A DNA stretch of 42,665 nucleotides, taken from positions 1-42,665 of the forward strand of contig JAVVFI010000001.1 of NCBI GenBank assembly GCA_032250555.1, given 5' to 3'. A model generated the notes under the pieces. The model had not been told where the DNA came from and searched no databases. It saw only the letters and a list, made by a program, of their open reading frames with translations. Both the position numbers and the translations under genes were made by a program. The DNA comes from Sedimentisphaerales bacterium. GTDB taxonomy: Bacteria; Planctomycetota; Phycisphaerae; Sedimentisphaerales; Anaerobacaceae. Below are positions 27,287 to 36,380 of this stretch, piece by piece; position 1 is the first letter of the stretch, and each line of letters begins with the position of its first letter.

Positions 27287-29230
27287 TCAATTCGTTTCGC
27301 CCTTAATTTCCTCCATAACCTGGCCGCATTTGAGCATAGAGGCGCCAAAATAAGGATTACGGATATCCTCATCTGTTTGCAGCCAGTCTGCTCCCTTGTT
27401 ATTAAATGCCATCGGGCAATGAATATTGTAAAGGATCTTGCCCTGATACACTCCAAATTGCCCGACAACAGCAATAAGCTCATTGGAAAGCCCTTCAAAT
27501 CCTTCACGCATCGGCTCAATTGCATTGGCTGTTTTTATCTTATCTAATGCGGCCTTCATCTTCTTGCTGTTAGCCATCCACACATTATGAGCTTTGTCAC
27601 TGACCAAACCCATTTCAACCGCAGAAAGCGCTTCCAGTGTCTCGTTAGCCGCACGGGCAGCGCCTTCCTTCTCATCAGAAGCCAGGGCCTCATGTAATAA
27701 TAAATACTTTTCGACAACTCCCCAAAGCTGCCTGCGATACTCATCGGGCACTTCAAATATCTCGTTCTTATGACCGCTTTCCGCACTCATCATACTGGGC
27801 TTGGCCTGTATCTGAAGGGCCGAATCAATCTTAAAATTGCCGTTTGTAACAACAATCTCTCCTTCGGCGAGCCCTTCTTTAACCAAATAGTAATCACCCG
27901 CTCTTGGGCCAAGAACTACCTGCCTGCCCTCGAACGTCGGCTTATCTGCATTTGGTATTCGGACATACACAACTGCACGTTTACCTGTTATCAAAGGTGC
28001 AGTAGCGGGAATTACCAGGGGCGGCTGGTTGGGCTCATCGGCCGTAGCGAATAGTGACTCAGTAGGCACCAAATCCATTTCGCAAATGTCGCAGGTCCCC
28101 GCTTGATCCTTGACAACAGACAGATGCATAGGACAAATCCACTGGCCTGCCAGTTCTGGATCCATTGCAGCACCGCCCTGGGCAACTTTCGCACGCAATA
28201 CACTCCTGACAAACATTCCGGGCTTGAGTTTGCCGTCAGTATTATCAATGTTGAGGCGGACTTTTACCGTCCTGGTCTTCGCGTCGAGTATGGGATCACG
28301 GAAGCTTATTTTGCCTTTGAAGACCTGCCCCGGATATGCTTCCGTTAAGAACTCGACTTCCTGTCCGTATCGAATCCAGGGCAAATCAGACTCATAAGCA
28401 TCCAGCTTAACCCACAAACGCGATAGGTCTGCGAGAGTATAAATAGGGGTACCGGTATTAACATACATACCTTCTGTGGCGTTTTTATGGATGACTACAC
28501 CACCCATGGGTGAATAAATCGTAATATGAGTGACTGGTTCACCGGCGTTTTCGATTATATAAATTTGAGCATTGGTAAGACCAAGTAATCGAAGTTTGTC
28601 CCTCGCCGCTTCAAGTGTGGCAAGAGTGGTTCTTTTCATCAGGTCGGAAGTATTGTCATTGATACTGCCTACGGCTTTTAGAGCCTGAAGAAGTTCTGCC
28701 TGTGCGCTGATTAGCTCAGGGCTGTAAAGATCGACCATATGGTCACCCTTGTTAACCGTAATGCCCGTAAAATCAACATAAAGCCGGTCGATCCTGCCGG
28801 GAACCCATGCCGTGATATTTTTTACTCGGGTCTCATCATAATCAACCTTACCGACCATGCGGATTTCGGCCTCGACAAATTTTCGCTCAACAGGGGTCGT
28901 TTGAACTTCCATAAGTTTTAAGGCCTCTTGCGAGAAAGCAATTTGCCTTTCGCCGACAACACCTTCTTGAGCAACTTCCGGTATCAAATCCATAAAGCAA
29001 ATCGGGCACTTACCTGGCTTGGGAAGGTGAAACTGCGGATGCATAGAGCATGTCCACGTCGTCTGTTTTTCTGCGGCAGCCTGTTCACCGGGACGTTCAT
29101 GCTCTTGGCCGGAATGGGATTCCTGCAAGAGCGAGTGAACAACATAACCTGCAAGAAAGGTTACAACAACAAGAATAACGGTCTTAAATACTCGACTACT
29201 CAATAACGATTTGGCTCGTGTCATTTTCAT
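27287..29230 (-). CDS. cusB: RND periplasmic adaptor (CusB-like MFP) with two heavy-metal-binding (HMBD) motifs and a DUF3347-like C-terminal domain
   Basis: WTCSMHPQFHLPKPGKCPICFMDL and WICPMHLSVVKDQAGTCDICEMDL resemble the HMBD pattern. MFP barrel-sandwich/beta-barrel core lies between them. C-terminus has IHCPMAFNNKGADWLQ (DUF3347-like). Start placed at the ATG 29230 (AGGTGG 5 nt upstream); the ORF track starts at a GTG at 29239. Confidence 0.8.
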   Translation of the reverse strand: MKMTRAKSLLSSRVFKTVILVVVTFLAGYVVHSLLQESHSGQEHERPGEQAAAEKQTTWTCSMHPQFHLPKPGKCPICFMDLIPEVAQEGVVGERQIAFSQEALKLMEVQTTPVERKFVEAEIRMVGKVDYDETRVKNITAWVPGRIDRLYVDFTGITVNKGDHMVDLYSPELISAQAELLQALKAVGSINDNTSDLMKRTTLATLEAARDKLRLLGLTNAQIYIIENAGEPVTHITIYSPMGGVVIHKNATEGMYVNTGTPIYTLADLSRLWVKLDAYESDLPWIRYGQEVEFLTEAYPGQVFKGKISFRDPILDAKTRTVKVRLNIDNTDGKLKPGMFVRSVLRAKVAQGGAAMDPELAGQWICPMHLSVVKDQAGTCDICEMDLVPTESLFATADEPNQPPLVIPATAPLITGKRAVVYVRIPNADKPTFEGRQVVLGPRAGDYYLVKEGLAEGEIVVTNGNFKIDSALQIQAKPSMMSAESGHKNEIFEVPDEYRRQLWGVVEKYLLLHEALASDEKEGAARAANETLEALSAVEMGLVSDKAHNVWMANSKKMKAALDKIKTANAIEPMREGFEGLSNELIAVVGQFGVYQGKILYNIHCPMAFNNKGADWLQTDEDIRNPYFGASMLKCGQVMEEIKGETN

Positions 29231-29294
29231 TTCAGCCACCTATTATGTTGTAATATTACAATAGTAATTCGAGACAACCAAATGAACGATTGAA

Positions 29295-30602
29295 TCACTT
29301 TTCCAGAGCACCGCTGCTGATCGAGGACAGTTCCGTCCCGATAAGCATTTCCAGTTCAGCTAATTTCTGCTGATTATTCGTAACGACCCTTTCGTAGTCC
29401 AGCTCATATTTAAGCAGCATGCGCTGGGCATCTATAAGCGAGAGAAAATCTACCGTGCCTGCTTTATAGGCGGTTTCGGATGCCTGAACAAGCTCCTCGG
29501 CCTTGGAAACTAAAACATCCCCATAAAGATGTGTCTTTCTTCGACTATCTTCTATATCGTATAGAACCTCGAATACTCTCGATAGTAATTTGTTTTCGAC
29601 ATCTGTTCTTTGCGATTGAATTTTCCTTACATTCGCTTTTGCCTGTTGCTCAGCAGCCTTATAGCTGTTCTGCCACAGGGGGATATTCATTGAAAACATT
29701 AAAATCACAGGATCATCGCCGCTGCCTTTAACTCCGGGAGAAACCGCTCCATCGGTCTGAATCCAATCGAGACCTACTCCTATATCAGGATAGAATTTCT
29801 TTTTTGCAAGCTTCACACTGCTTTTTGCCGCCTGAATTTCCCAGCTAAGCTCGGCAAGCTCAGGATTCGCTCTTTTTAACGCCTGAATTATATGCTGCCG
29901 GTCAAGCGGTACATTTTCGGGCTGACTTTTTTCGGGCCAGGCCAATTCTGCATCAATTGGCCGATTAAGCACTGAATTAAGTTTTGCAACTGTCGGCTCT
30001 TTGAGCTGCTCCAGACTTTTTAAGATATCCTCAAGTTTAGCTAATTCCACCTGGACACGAATTATGTCAGGATGTATCGCTGCGGCTGTTAAGTATTTGA
30101 TTCGTGCGACTTCTTCGAAATGCTGAAGCAGTTCGAGATTCTGTTTTGCAATATCGATAGCCGTGGCAAGATATGCGAATTCGTAAAAAGCCTCTTTTAC
30201 CTGCCTGAATAGTTTCAACTTTGTTGTTTCGTATCTTTGCTTTGCAGCTTGTGCCTTTGCTGCGGCCACATCGGTTCTGGCCTGGAGTTTGCCAAACCAG
30301 GGGAATACCTGCATGATACCGAATTTTTGTTGCTGAGGGCCGGTCCGTGTTTCGACTTCCTCGATAAAATATCCGTATGTAAATTTCGGGTCACTTAATG
30401 CTCCTGCTTGTGGAATCTGCTCTAACGCCGCCTTCCACTGCTCAAATTTAGCCTCCAGTTCTGCATTATTGAGAGAGGCATAACGAAGATAATCCGAAAG
30501 TACGTATAAATCATTTGCATCAGCCGGCTGCTGCGAAGCTTTTGCGCACTGAACGAAAACAAATACTATTACTCCCAAAGTTAAAGCGGCTCGTTTGTTC
30601 AT
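29295..30602 (-). CDS. cusC: TolC-family outer-membrane efflux protein (CusC-like)
   Basis: 435 aa. Signal peptide. Two-repeat coiled-coil/beta-barrel OEP pattern. Operon position upstream of the MFP. Confidence 0.8.
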   Translation of the reverse strand: MNKRAALTLGVIVFVFVQCAKASQQPADANDLYVLSDYLRYASLNNAELEAKFEQWKAALEQIPQAGALSDPKFTYGYFIEEVETRTGPQQQKFGIMQVFPWFGKLQARTDVAAAKAQAAKQRYETTKLKLFRQVKEAFYEFAYLATAIDIAKQNLELLQHFEEVARIKYLTAAAIHPDIIRVQVELAKLEDILKSLEQLKEPTVAKLNSVLNRPIDAELAWPEKSQPENVPLDRQHIIQALKRANPELAELSWEIQAAKSSVKLAKKKFYPDIGVGLDWIQTDGAVSPGVKGSGDDPVILMFSMNIPLWQNSYKAAEQQAKANVRKIQSQRTDVENKLLSRVFEVLYDIEDSRRKTHLYGDVLVSKAEELVQASETAYKAGTVDFLSLIDAQRMLLKYELDYERVVTNNQQKLAELEMLIGTELSSISSGALEK

Positions 30603-31159
30603 ATTTGTCCCTCAATATTATCGACCTTCTTCTCTTTTTTCTTCTGATTTGCCATAGAAAGCTCTCTTACCAGCTCTTCTATTTCATTTGATAAATTCAT
30701 CAGAAATTCTTTAGAGGACATATCCAGAGCTTCTGATTCTTTGGCTATTGACCGAATTTTCTGTGTTCGATTAGAAAGAGCAGTTAACGACAAATCCGGT
30801 ACACTGCGATCAATTTCATCCAGTAAAAGCTGAACCCCTTCAGCTATTTCCGAAATTTCGGTAATATTTGATTCAATTTCAAGAGAGCTTAAATCCCCTC
30901 GCGTTATACCATACAGCTTCAGGTACAAATCATTTATAGGTATAACTACTGTTTTATATAGAACCGCATACAGTGTCAAGTAAATGAGTGCACCTAGAAC
31001 CAGCACATGCCAACTGTGCTCTAATATGAGCCCTAATACAGTCTGCCCCGGAGTAGAAATATATTGGTGTACTGCATATACCGCCATTCCTAAAGCAATC
31101 ACTAAAGCCGAGTATCCTGCAACTATCGATGCTAATGAATTTTCTCGTTTACTTTTCAT
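30599..31159 (-). CDS. Orphan two-TM + HAMP-like + coiled-coil membrane protein
   Basis: 186 aa. Two hydrophobic helices flank a short His-containing loop (HQYISTPGQTVLGLILEHSWH). VVIPINDLYLKLYGITRGDLSSLEIE...ISEIAEGVQLLLDEI fits the HAMP pattern. Its stop overlaps the cusC start (ATGA at 30599..30602). Confidence 0.55.
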   Translation of the reverse strand: MKSKRENSLASIVAGYSALVIALGMAVYAVHQYISTPGQTVLGLILEHSWHVLVLGALIYLTLYAVLYKTVVIPINDLYLKLYGITRGDLSSLEIESNITEISEIAEGVQLLLDEIDRSVPDLSLTALSNRTQKIRSIAKESEALDMSSKEFLMNLSNEIEELVRELSMANQKKKEKKVDNIEGQI

Positions 31160-31267
31160 GAGAAATTACCCCATTAAGCAATCTTTATTCTATCCCAAAA
31201 ACATATTTTAAGTCCATAGCAATTCAATATTAAAAAAAATTAATCAGATTTATTTTTACGGTAATAT

Positions 31268-31549
31268 TTACACTCTGCGTTTTTGATGAATCAATTTGAG
31301 AATTTCATCCAGCTTTTGCTGTTTTTCCCTCTCCGAGCTTCCTTTTATAGCTTGAGTTACACAGCTTTGAAAGTGTTTTTCGATAATATTTTCTTCGACT
31401 CCGACAAGCGCTCCTTTGATAGCGTATATCTGGTTTAAAATATCAATGCAGTATTTGCGACCTTCAACCATCTTTTGGACGCCTCGAACCTGTCCCTCAA
31501 TTCGCCTTAATGCGACCAGATTATCTTCATGACTTGGGTGTTTCTTCAT
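31268..31549 (-). CDS. csoR: CsoR/RcnR-family metal-sensing transcriptional repressor (CsoR-like, x-C-H-C)
   Basis: 93 aa. LRRIEGQVRGVQKMVEGRKYCIDILNQ...EKHFQSCV shows the conserved Cys...His-x3-Cys Cu(I) ligand pattern. First gene of the cus cluster. Confidence 0.85.
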   Translation of the reverse strand: MKKHPSHEDNLVALRRIEGQVRGVQKMVEGRKYCIDILNQIYAIKGALVGVEENIIEKHFQSCVTQAIKGSSEREKQQKLDEILKLIHQKRRV

Positions 31550-31582
31550 TTCTTATTCCTTATTTATCTTTCTACACCCAAT

Positions 31583-31599
31583 ATACCCCCCGGGGGTAT
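31583..31599. promoter_or_regulatory. Putative CsoR operator: ATACCCCC-C-GGGGGTAT perfect inverted repeat
   Basis: 8-bp perfect arms around a single central base, 34 nt upstream of the csoR ATG. AT-flanked G/C-tract palindromes are the known operator type for the CsoR/RcnR family. Confidence 0.65.
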
Positions 31600-31638
31600 G
31601 TTGTGTTCGGAAAAAACTTGTTTTTATGAAATTTAGTT

Positions 31639-32757
31639 TTAGTCCGATATCGTGCCGCCTGCAACGATATTATCAGCGTTATTATAAACCACAAGCCTTT
31701 GACCTGGACAAGGTGCGAATTGAGGCAGGTCAAAATCGACTGTTATAGAATTTTCACCAATATTAGTGAGTTTGCAAGGTTTAGGATCACCGTAGGAACG
31801 GATTTTCCCGAAGAATTTCCTGATCGGGACAAGTTCTTCAGGAATGAGCACATTTATCCGGTTTGCTCTGACGGTATGAGTGCTCACTTCTTCTCTTGAA
31901 CCTAATGCAATCGTGTTTGCCTCAGCATCAATCTTGCCGACATACAGTGGCTTACCGCCGGCATAACCAATACCCTGCCTTTGGCCAAGAGTGTAGTGAG
32001 CAATGCCTTTATGCGTACCAATTATGTTCCCCTGCATATCCGTTATGTCACCCTGCCGATTGGCCTCAGCGTCATCCAGAGCCAATCGATAATCACCCTC
32101 TCCCGCAAAACAAAGTTCCATACTTTCAGCTTTGTCCGCAACACTCAGATTTAATTGAGCGGCAGTCGAACGAACCTCATCTTTTGTCAACTCGCCTAAC
32201 GGCAGAATAAACCTCTGAAGTTTTTCTCTGGAAATTCCATATATAAAATAGCTCTGGTCCTTGGTTTGATCTTTCGCCCGGCCAAGCCGCGTCTTACCAT
32301 CAGCTTTGGAAACTCGCGCATAATGACCCGTAGCAAGATAGCTAATCCCGAATGTTTCCTCCAGGAAATCCCAAAGCAGGGAAAACTTAAGGAGCGTATT
32401 GCAGTCCACACAGGGATTGGGAGTTTCACCCCTCGAATAAGATTGACGAAATTGCTTTATTATCAGCTCTTCGAAAGGTTCAGTAACATCGACAAAATAA
32501 TGAGGTATATTCAATTCACCGCACACAAAGGCGGCATCGGCGCCGCAGCATCCTCTTTTATTTGTATTGCACGAGACAGGTATCTTCATCGTGATACCTA
32601 ATACGTCCCAGCCTTGCTCTTTCAGCAGATAGGCCGTAACGCTGCTGTCAACTCCACCGCTCATTAATACAGCGACAGGTTTTGAGCGTTCCTTGTCGGC
32701 TCGCCAGGGCGAAAAACTCGGCCCCAATAACTTGATATTAAACTTATCGGTTGTCAT
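31639..32757 (-). CDS. mnmA: tRNA-specific 2-thiouridylase MnmA
   Basis: 372 aa. VAVLMSGGVDSSV PP-loop and conserved Cys (NPCVDCN). Typical length. Confidence 0.9.
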   Translation of the reverse strand: MTTDKFNIKLLGPSFSPWRADKERSKPVAVLMSGGVDSSVTAYLLKEQGWDVLGITMKIPVSCNTNKRGCCGADAAFVCGELNIPHYFVDVTEPFEELIIKQFRQSYSRGETPNPCVDCNTLLKFSLLWDFLEETFGISYLATGHYARVSKADGKTRLGRAKDQTKDQSYFIYGISREKLQRFILPLGELTKDEVRSTAAQLNLSVADKAESMELCFAGEGDYRLALDDAEANRQGDITDMQGNIIGTHKGIAHYTLGQRQGIGYAGGKPLYVGKIDAEANTIALGSREEVSTHTVRANRINVLIPEELVPIRKFFGKIRSYGDPKPCKLTNIGENSITVDFDLPQFAPCPGQRLVVYNNADNIVAGGTISD

Positions 32758-32772
32758 AATTACCGAAAGTTT

Positions 32773-33693
32773 TTATTCGAACAGTGCCGTGCTGATATAT
32801 CGCTCGGCTGTGTCGCAAAGGACAGCAACTATCAGTTTGTCCGCATTTTCCTGTTTTTTACCTATCTTGATAGCTGCGGCCGCTGCGGCACCGGCTGATA
32901 TACCGGTAAAAATACCTTCTTCTTTAGCCAGGCGTTTTGCCATATCAAATGCCTCGGCATTTGATATCTGCACAACCTCATCAACAACTTCTAAATCCAA
33001 AACATCAGGGACGAAACCCGCCCCAATGCCTTGAATCATATGCGGGCCGGGCTTGCCGCCCGAAAGAACAGGTGATTCCGCCGGTTCAACAGCAACGATT
33101 TTGACGGATGGTTTGCGCGATTTCAGCACTTCTCCAACACCGGTTATTGTGCCGCCGGTTCCTACACCGGAAACAAAAATGTCCACTTGTCCATCGGTAT
33201 CAGCCCAAACCTCTTCAGCGGTTGTTTCTCTATGTATCTGGGGATTCGCAGGATTAAGAAACTGCTGTGGCATAAAAGCGCCATCGGTTGTTTCCACGAT
33301 TTCATTGGCCTTATTGATCGCGCCGGTCATACCTTCTTCTGCAGGTGTAAGTACAAGTGTGGCACCGAATAGCTTGAGTATCTTTCTTCGCTCGATAGTC
33401 ATCGATTCCGGCATAGTAAGTATCAGCTTATATCCCCTTGCCGCTGCGACCCACGCAAGTGCGATACCGGTATTACCGCTTGTAGGTTCAACGAGAGTAT
33501 CACCGGGCTTGATTTTACCGGCTTGTTCCGCTGACAATATCATATTTACACCGATACGGTCCTTGACACTGCTGGCTGGATTGAAGAACTCCAGCTTACC
33601 CGCTATCTTTGCTTTACAATCTCTGCTTACTCTGTTGAGTTGAACCAGCGGTGTTTTACCAATTAATTCAGTCATATCTTTTGCAATATTCAT
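32773..33693 (-). CDS. cysK: Cysteine synthase A (O-acetylserine sulfhydrylase)
   Basis: 306 aa. [10 protein letters not shown] (PLP Lys), [20 protein letters not shown] and [12 protein letters not shown] motifs. Confidence 0.9.
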   Translation of the reverse strand: MNIAKDMTELIGKTPLVQLNRVSRDCKAKIAGKLEFFNPASSVKDRIGVNMILSAEQAGKIKPGDTLVEPTSGNTGIALAWVAAARGYKLILTMPESMTIERRKILKLFGATLVLTPAEEGMTGAINKANEIVETTDGAFMPQQFLNPANPQIHRETTAEEVWADTDGQVDIFVSGVGTGGTITGVGEVLKSRKPSVKIVAVEPAESPVLSGGKPGPHMIQGIGAGFVPDVLDLEVVDEVVQISNAEAFDMAKRLAKEEGIFTGISAGAAAAAAIKIGKKQENADKLIVAVLCDTAERYISTALFE

Positions 33694-33742
33694 TTAATCA
33701 ATCCTCTAAACAAAATGTTTAACAACACAAATTACAGAAATA

Positions 33743-35968
33743 TTATTTTTTTCGGCGCACTTTTACGAAAAAGTGATCACCGTTGTTTTTAATTTCCAAT
33801 ACTTCCTGGCCCTGATCGGCAAAGCTCGCCGGCACATTCCTTACCGGCTCCCCTTCATCAAGCAATACGCCAAGAATAGCACCTGTTTCGAGCTTTTCAA
33901 GCTCAAGTTTGGCTTTGACGAAGTTTAAGGGGCATCCGACACCACGCAAATCGATAACATGATTATTAGTCTCAGCTTCATCTACGATAGTTTCTTTTGC
34001 CACCGGCTCTATCTTAAACTTGAGATTGGCATCAAGGGACAGGTAAAGCTCTTCCACACGTCTTGTTAAATCCCGGGCCTGCGAATACAAATCCTCGATT
34101 GACTCTCTATCGCCCATACGCCAGTCAACCGCTTCGTCAAGGAGCTGCTGTGTCTGAGGTTTAACCCAGCCCGGTTCAATAAGACCTTTTGAAAATGCTG
34201 CAAATATTTCTCTGTCCTTTTTGGGCTCCAGACCGAACGTAACCATCAGCGCCCTGGCCGCGGCAACAACCGCTTTATAAATATTTTCACTGTGAACAGG
34301 TTCCGACTTGAGTGCATCTTTCGCTTCTTCGATATCCAGCTTGATTACGTCCGTCACACCAGCCCCGCACTCACCCGGCCCCCTGCCCGCCAGAGAAAAC
34401 GGCTCATTCGAACCATAGTCATAATAATAGTCCTCTGGAAATTGCTCCGAAGAAAAATCACTGTATTGACCAACCATTTTTTTTAGCTTTTCTTCATTAA
34501 TTTCACCGCCTTCAAAAGCTTCTGATAACAACTCAGGTATTTTTTTTGCCGGTACCGTACCAATTCTTTTGCCCAAATTTGCATCACCTTCAACAGTTTG
34601 TGCACCAACCAACACATCATAGCATGGCATCAGTCTGCCGTTGACTCTTTTGGCTTTTCCCTGGAATCCTATTGAGGCGATATAATGATGACCGCAGGAA
34701 TTCGGACAGCCGCTGATTCTTATGGTTGTCTTAGACAAATCGGCTGAAAAATCCTTATGGCTCAACTTCTCCGAAATCGCCTCAGCCAAACCTCTTGAAA
34801 GACATAGCCCGAGTTTGCATGTCGAAGCTCCGGCGCAGGCAACTATTTTGGAACCGCCGTCGCCAAATACATCAATGCTGAGTTTCTTAAGTTCGCTATG
34901 GACCTTGTCAATAGCTTCTTCGGCAACACCTGTAATGAGAAGGTCCTGCAGTTGAGTAGTCCTTATGAGTCCCTGGCCGTATTTAGCTGCGATTTGACCG
35001 ACTATGTTTAAATCATCCGCGGGTATATCGCCGTTTTTCAATCGTAATCGCACAGTAACCGACTTCTCAGGCGCCTTATATACTGAACTAATATCACGGA
35101 TTTGCGGCGATGGGTAAGGAAGCCCATCGGCCTTAAGTATATCTCTTTCGGCCCGGTACAGTTTGATAAATTCTTCAATACCGACTCTGGCGAGCACATA
35201 TCGTAATCTTGCTTTATGCTTGTTTGCCCTGTCACCGTATTGATCGAACAATCTCTTGACCGCCTCTGCAACTGCGAAAATCTCTTCAGCTTCTATGAAA
35301 TCTTCTATTTTCGCTGAAACTGCTGGATTCGAGCCAAGCCCCCCCGCGGCATAAACAGAAAAACCTTTCACTCCGTTCTTAATGTGGGCGAAAAAGCCAA
35401 GGTCTGCTATAGAAGCAAATGCACAATCCTTTGAACAGCCGGAAAAAACCAGTTTGAATTTTCTTGGCAAATTAAAAGAGCTTCTGTCCTGCAGGAGATA
35501 TTCTGCAGCGGCAATCGCATAAGGAGCAACATCAAATTCTTCTTCCGGACAAACCCCCGCCTCCGGACAGGCTGTAACATTACGAACAGTATTACCTCCC
35601 CCGCCGCGTGAAGAAAGCCCTGCTTCAAGCAGACCTTCCAGTACATCCGGCGTATTTTCGATATCTACCTCGTGAATCTGGATATCCTGTCTGGTAGTAA
35701 CGTGGATAATCCCATTGCCATAAGTCTTACTCAACTGGGCAATTCGTTCCAATTGATGCGGCAAAACCAGTCCCCCCCCGATACGTATTCGAATCATGAA
35801 TTTACCTGCTGTTCTTTGCTCATAAATTCCCATTGGTACTCGATAGGCTCTAAAAGCTACCGGTGACGTTTGGCCGTCAAGAAACTTTTTAACACCGCTG
35901 CGGTAGCCATGAGTATCTTCTTTGACGCTTTGGGGAATATGCAGAATTGGCTCTTGTTGTTCACTCAT
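33743..35968 (-). CDS. Assimilatory-type sulfite (nitrite/sulfite) reductase hemoprotein fused to an uncharacterised linker domain and a C-terminal TusA/SirA-like domain
   Basis: 741 aa. Siroheme-[4Fe-4S] Cys motifs CAGASTC (C-x5-C) and GCPNSC (C-x3-C). C-terminal about 75 aa carry VIDLRGVGCPLNFVKAKLEL, the CPxP active-site motif of TusA-like sulfurtransferases. Confidence 0.8.
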   Translation of the reverse strand: MSEQQEPILHIPQSVKEDTHGYRSGVKKFLDGQTSPVAFRAYRVPMGIYEQRTAGKFMIRIRIGGGLVLPHQLERIAQLSKTYGNGIIHVTTRQDIQIHEVDIENTPDVLEGLLEAGLSSRGGGGNTVRNVTACPEAGVCPEEEFDVAPYAIAAAEYLLQDRSSFNLPRKFKLVFSGCSKDCAFASIADLGFFAHIKNGVKGFSVYAAGGLGSNPAVSAKIEDFIEAEEIFAVAEAVKRLFDQYGDRANKHKARLRYVLARVGIEEFIKLYRAERDILKADGLPYPSPQIRDISSVYKAPEKSVTVRLRLKNGDIPADDLNIVGQIAAKYGQGLIRTTQLQDLLITGVAEEAIDKVHSELKKLSIDVFGDGGSKIVACAGASTCKLGLCLSRGLAEAISEKLSHKDFSADLSKTTIRISGCPNSCGHHYIASIGFQGKAKRVNGRLMPCYDVLVGAQTVEGDANLGKRIGTVPAKKIPELLSEAFEGGEINEEKLKKMVGQYSDFSSEQFPEDYYYDYGSNEPFSLAGRGPGECGAGVTDVIKLDIEEAKDALKSEPVHSENIYKAVVAAARALMVTFGLEPKKDREIFAAFSKGLIEPGWVKPQTQQLLDEAVDWRMGDRESIEDLYSQARDLTRRVEELYLSLDANLKFKIEPVAKETIVDEAETNNHVIDLRGVGCPLNFVKAKLELEKLETGAILGVLLDEGEPVRNVPASFADQGQEVLEIKNNGDHFFVKVRRKK

Positions 35969-35969
35969 T

Positions 35970-36380
35970 CTATCTTTCCATAATCTTTATAGGCACTTCA
36001 GTTACATTAGTTCCTGCTATATGAAATCCTTTGACCACAGAACCATTATTGTTCTGCAGTGAAACAATTACATAAATCACATTCGGCGTAAGTGCCAGCT
36101 TGATATCCACTGCCGAAGGCCTGGCTGGCGTTTCAGGATGGCTGTGATATATCGCTAACATCTCAAGCCCGGCCGAGCGGATATCTTTGACTGTCGCAAA
36201 CTGCTCCTTTGGATCCATCATATAATGGGTGCTGCTGTTATCGGTATTTGTCATCTTATAAAACTTCTCGACCCTACCATTGATGCCTGCCAGAATTCCA
36301 CAGTCCTCGATTGGTGCAAGAGCTTTAGCTCTAGCAACCATCTGTTGAAATATTGTATTTGGAATCTCTAACTTCAGCAT
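35970..36380 (-). CDS. JAMM/MPN+ metalloprotease (Mec/HcyD/QbsD-like)
   Basis: 136 aa. PIEDCGIL (conserved Glu) and HSHPETPARPSAVD match the JAMM motif H-x-H-x7-S-x2-D. Confidence 0.85.
   Translation of the reverse strand: MLKLEIPNTIFQQMVARAKALAPIEDCGILAGINGRVEKFYKMTNTDNSSTHYMMDPKEQFATVKDIRSAGLEMLAIYHSHPETPARPSAVDIKLALTPNVIYVIVSLQNNNGSVVKGFHIAGTNVTEVPIKIMER

Noticed and set aside
31583-31599. The G/C palindrome as an intrinsic terminator for mnmA
   Set aside because: The hairpin is not followed by a U-tract on the minus strand. Its sequence type and its position in front of csoR fit a CsoR operator better.
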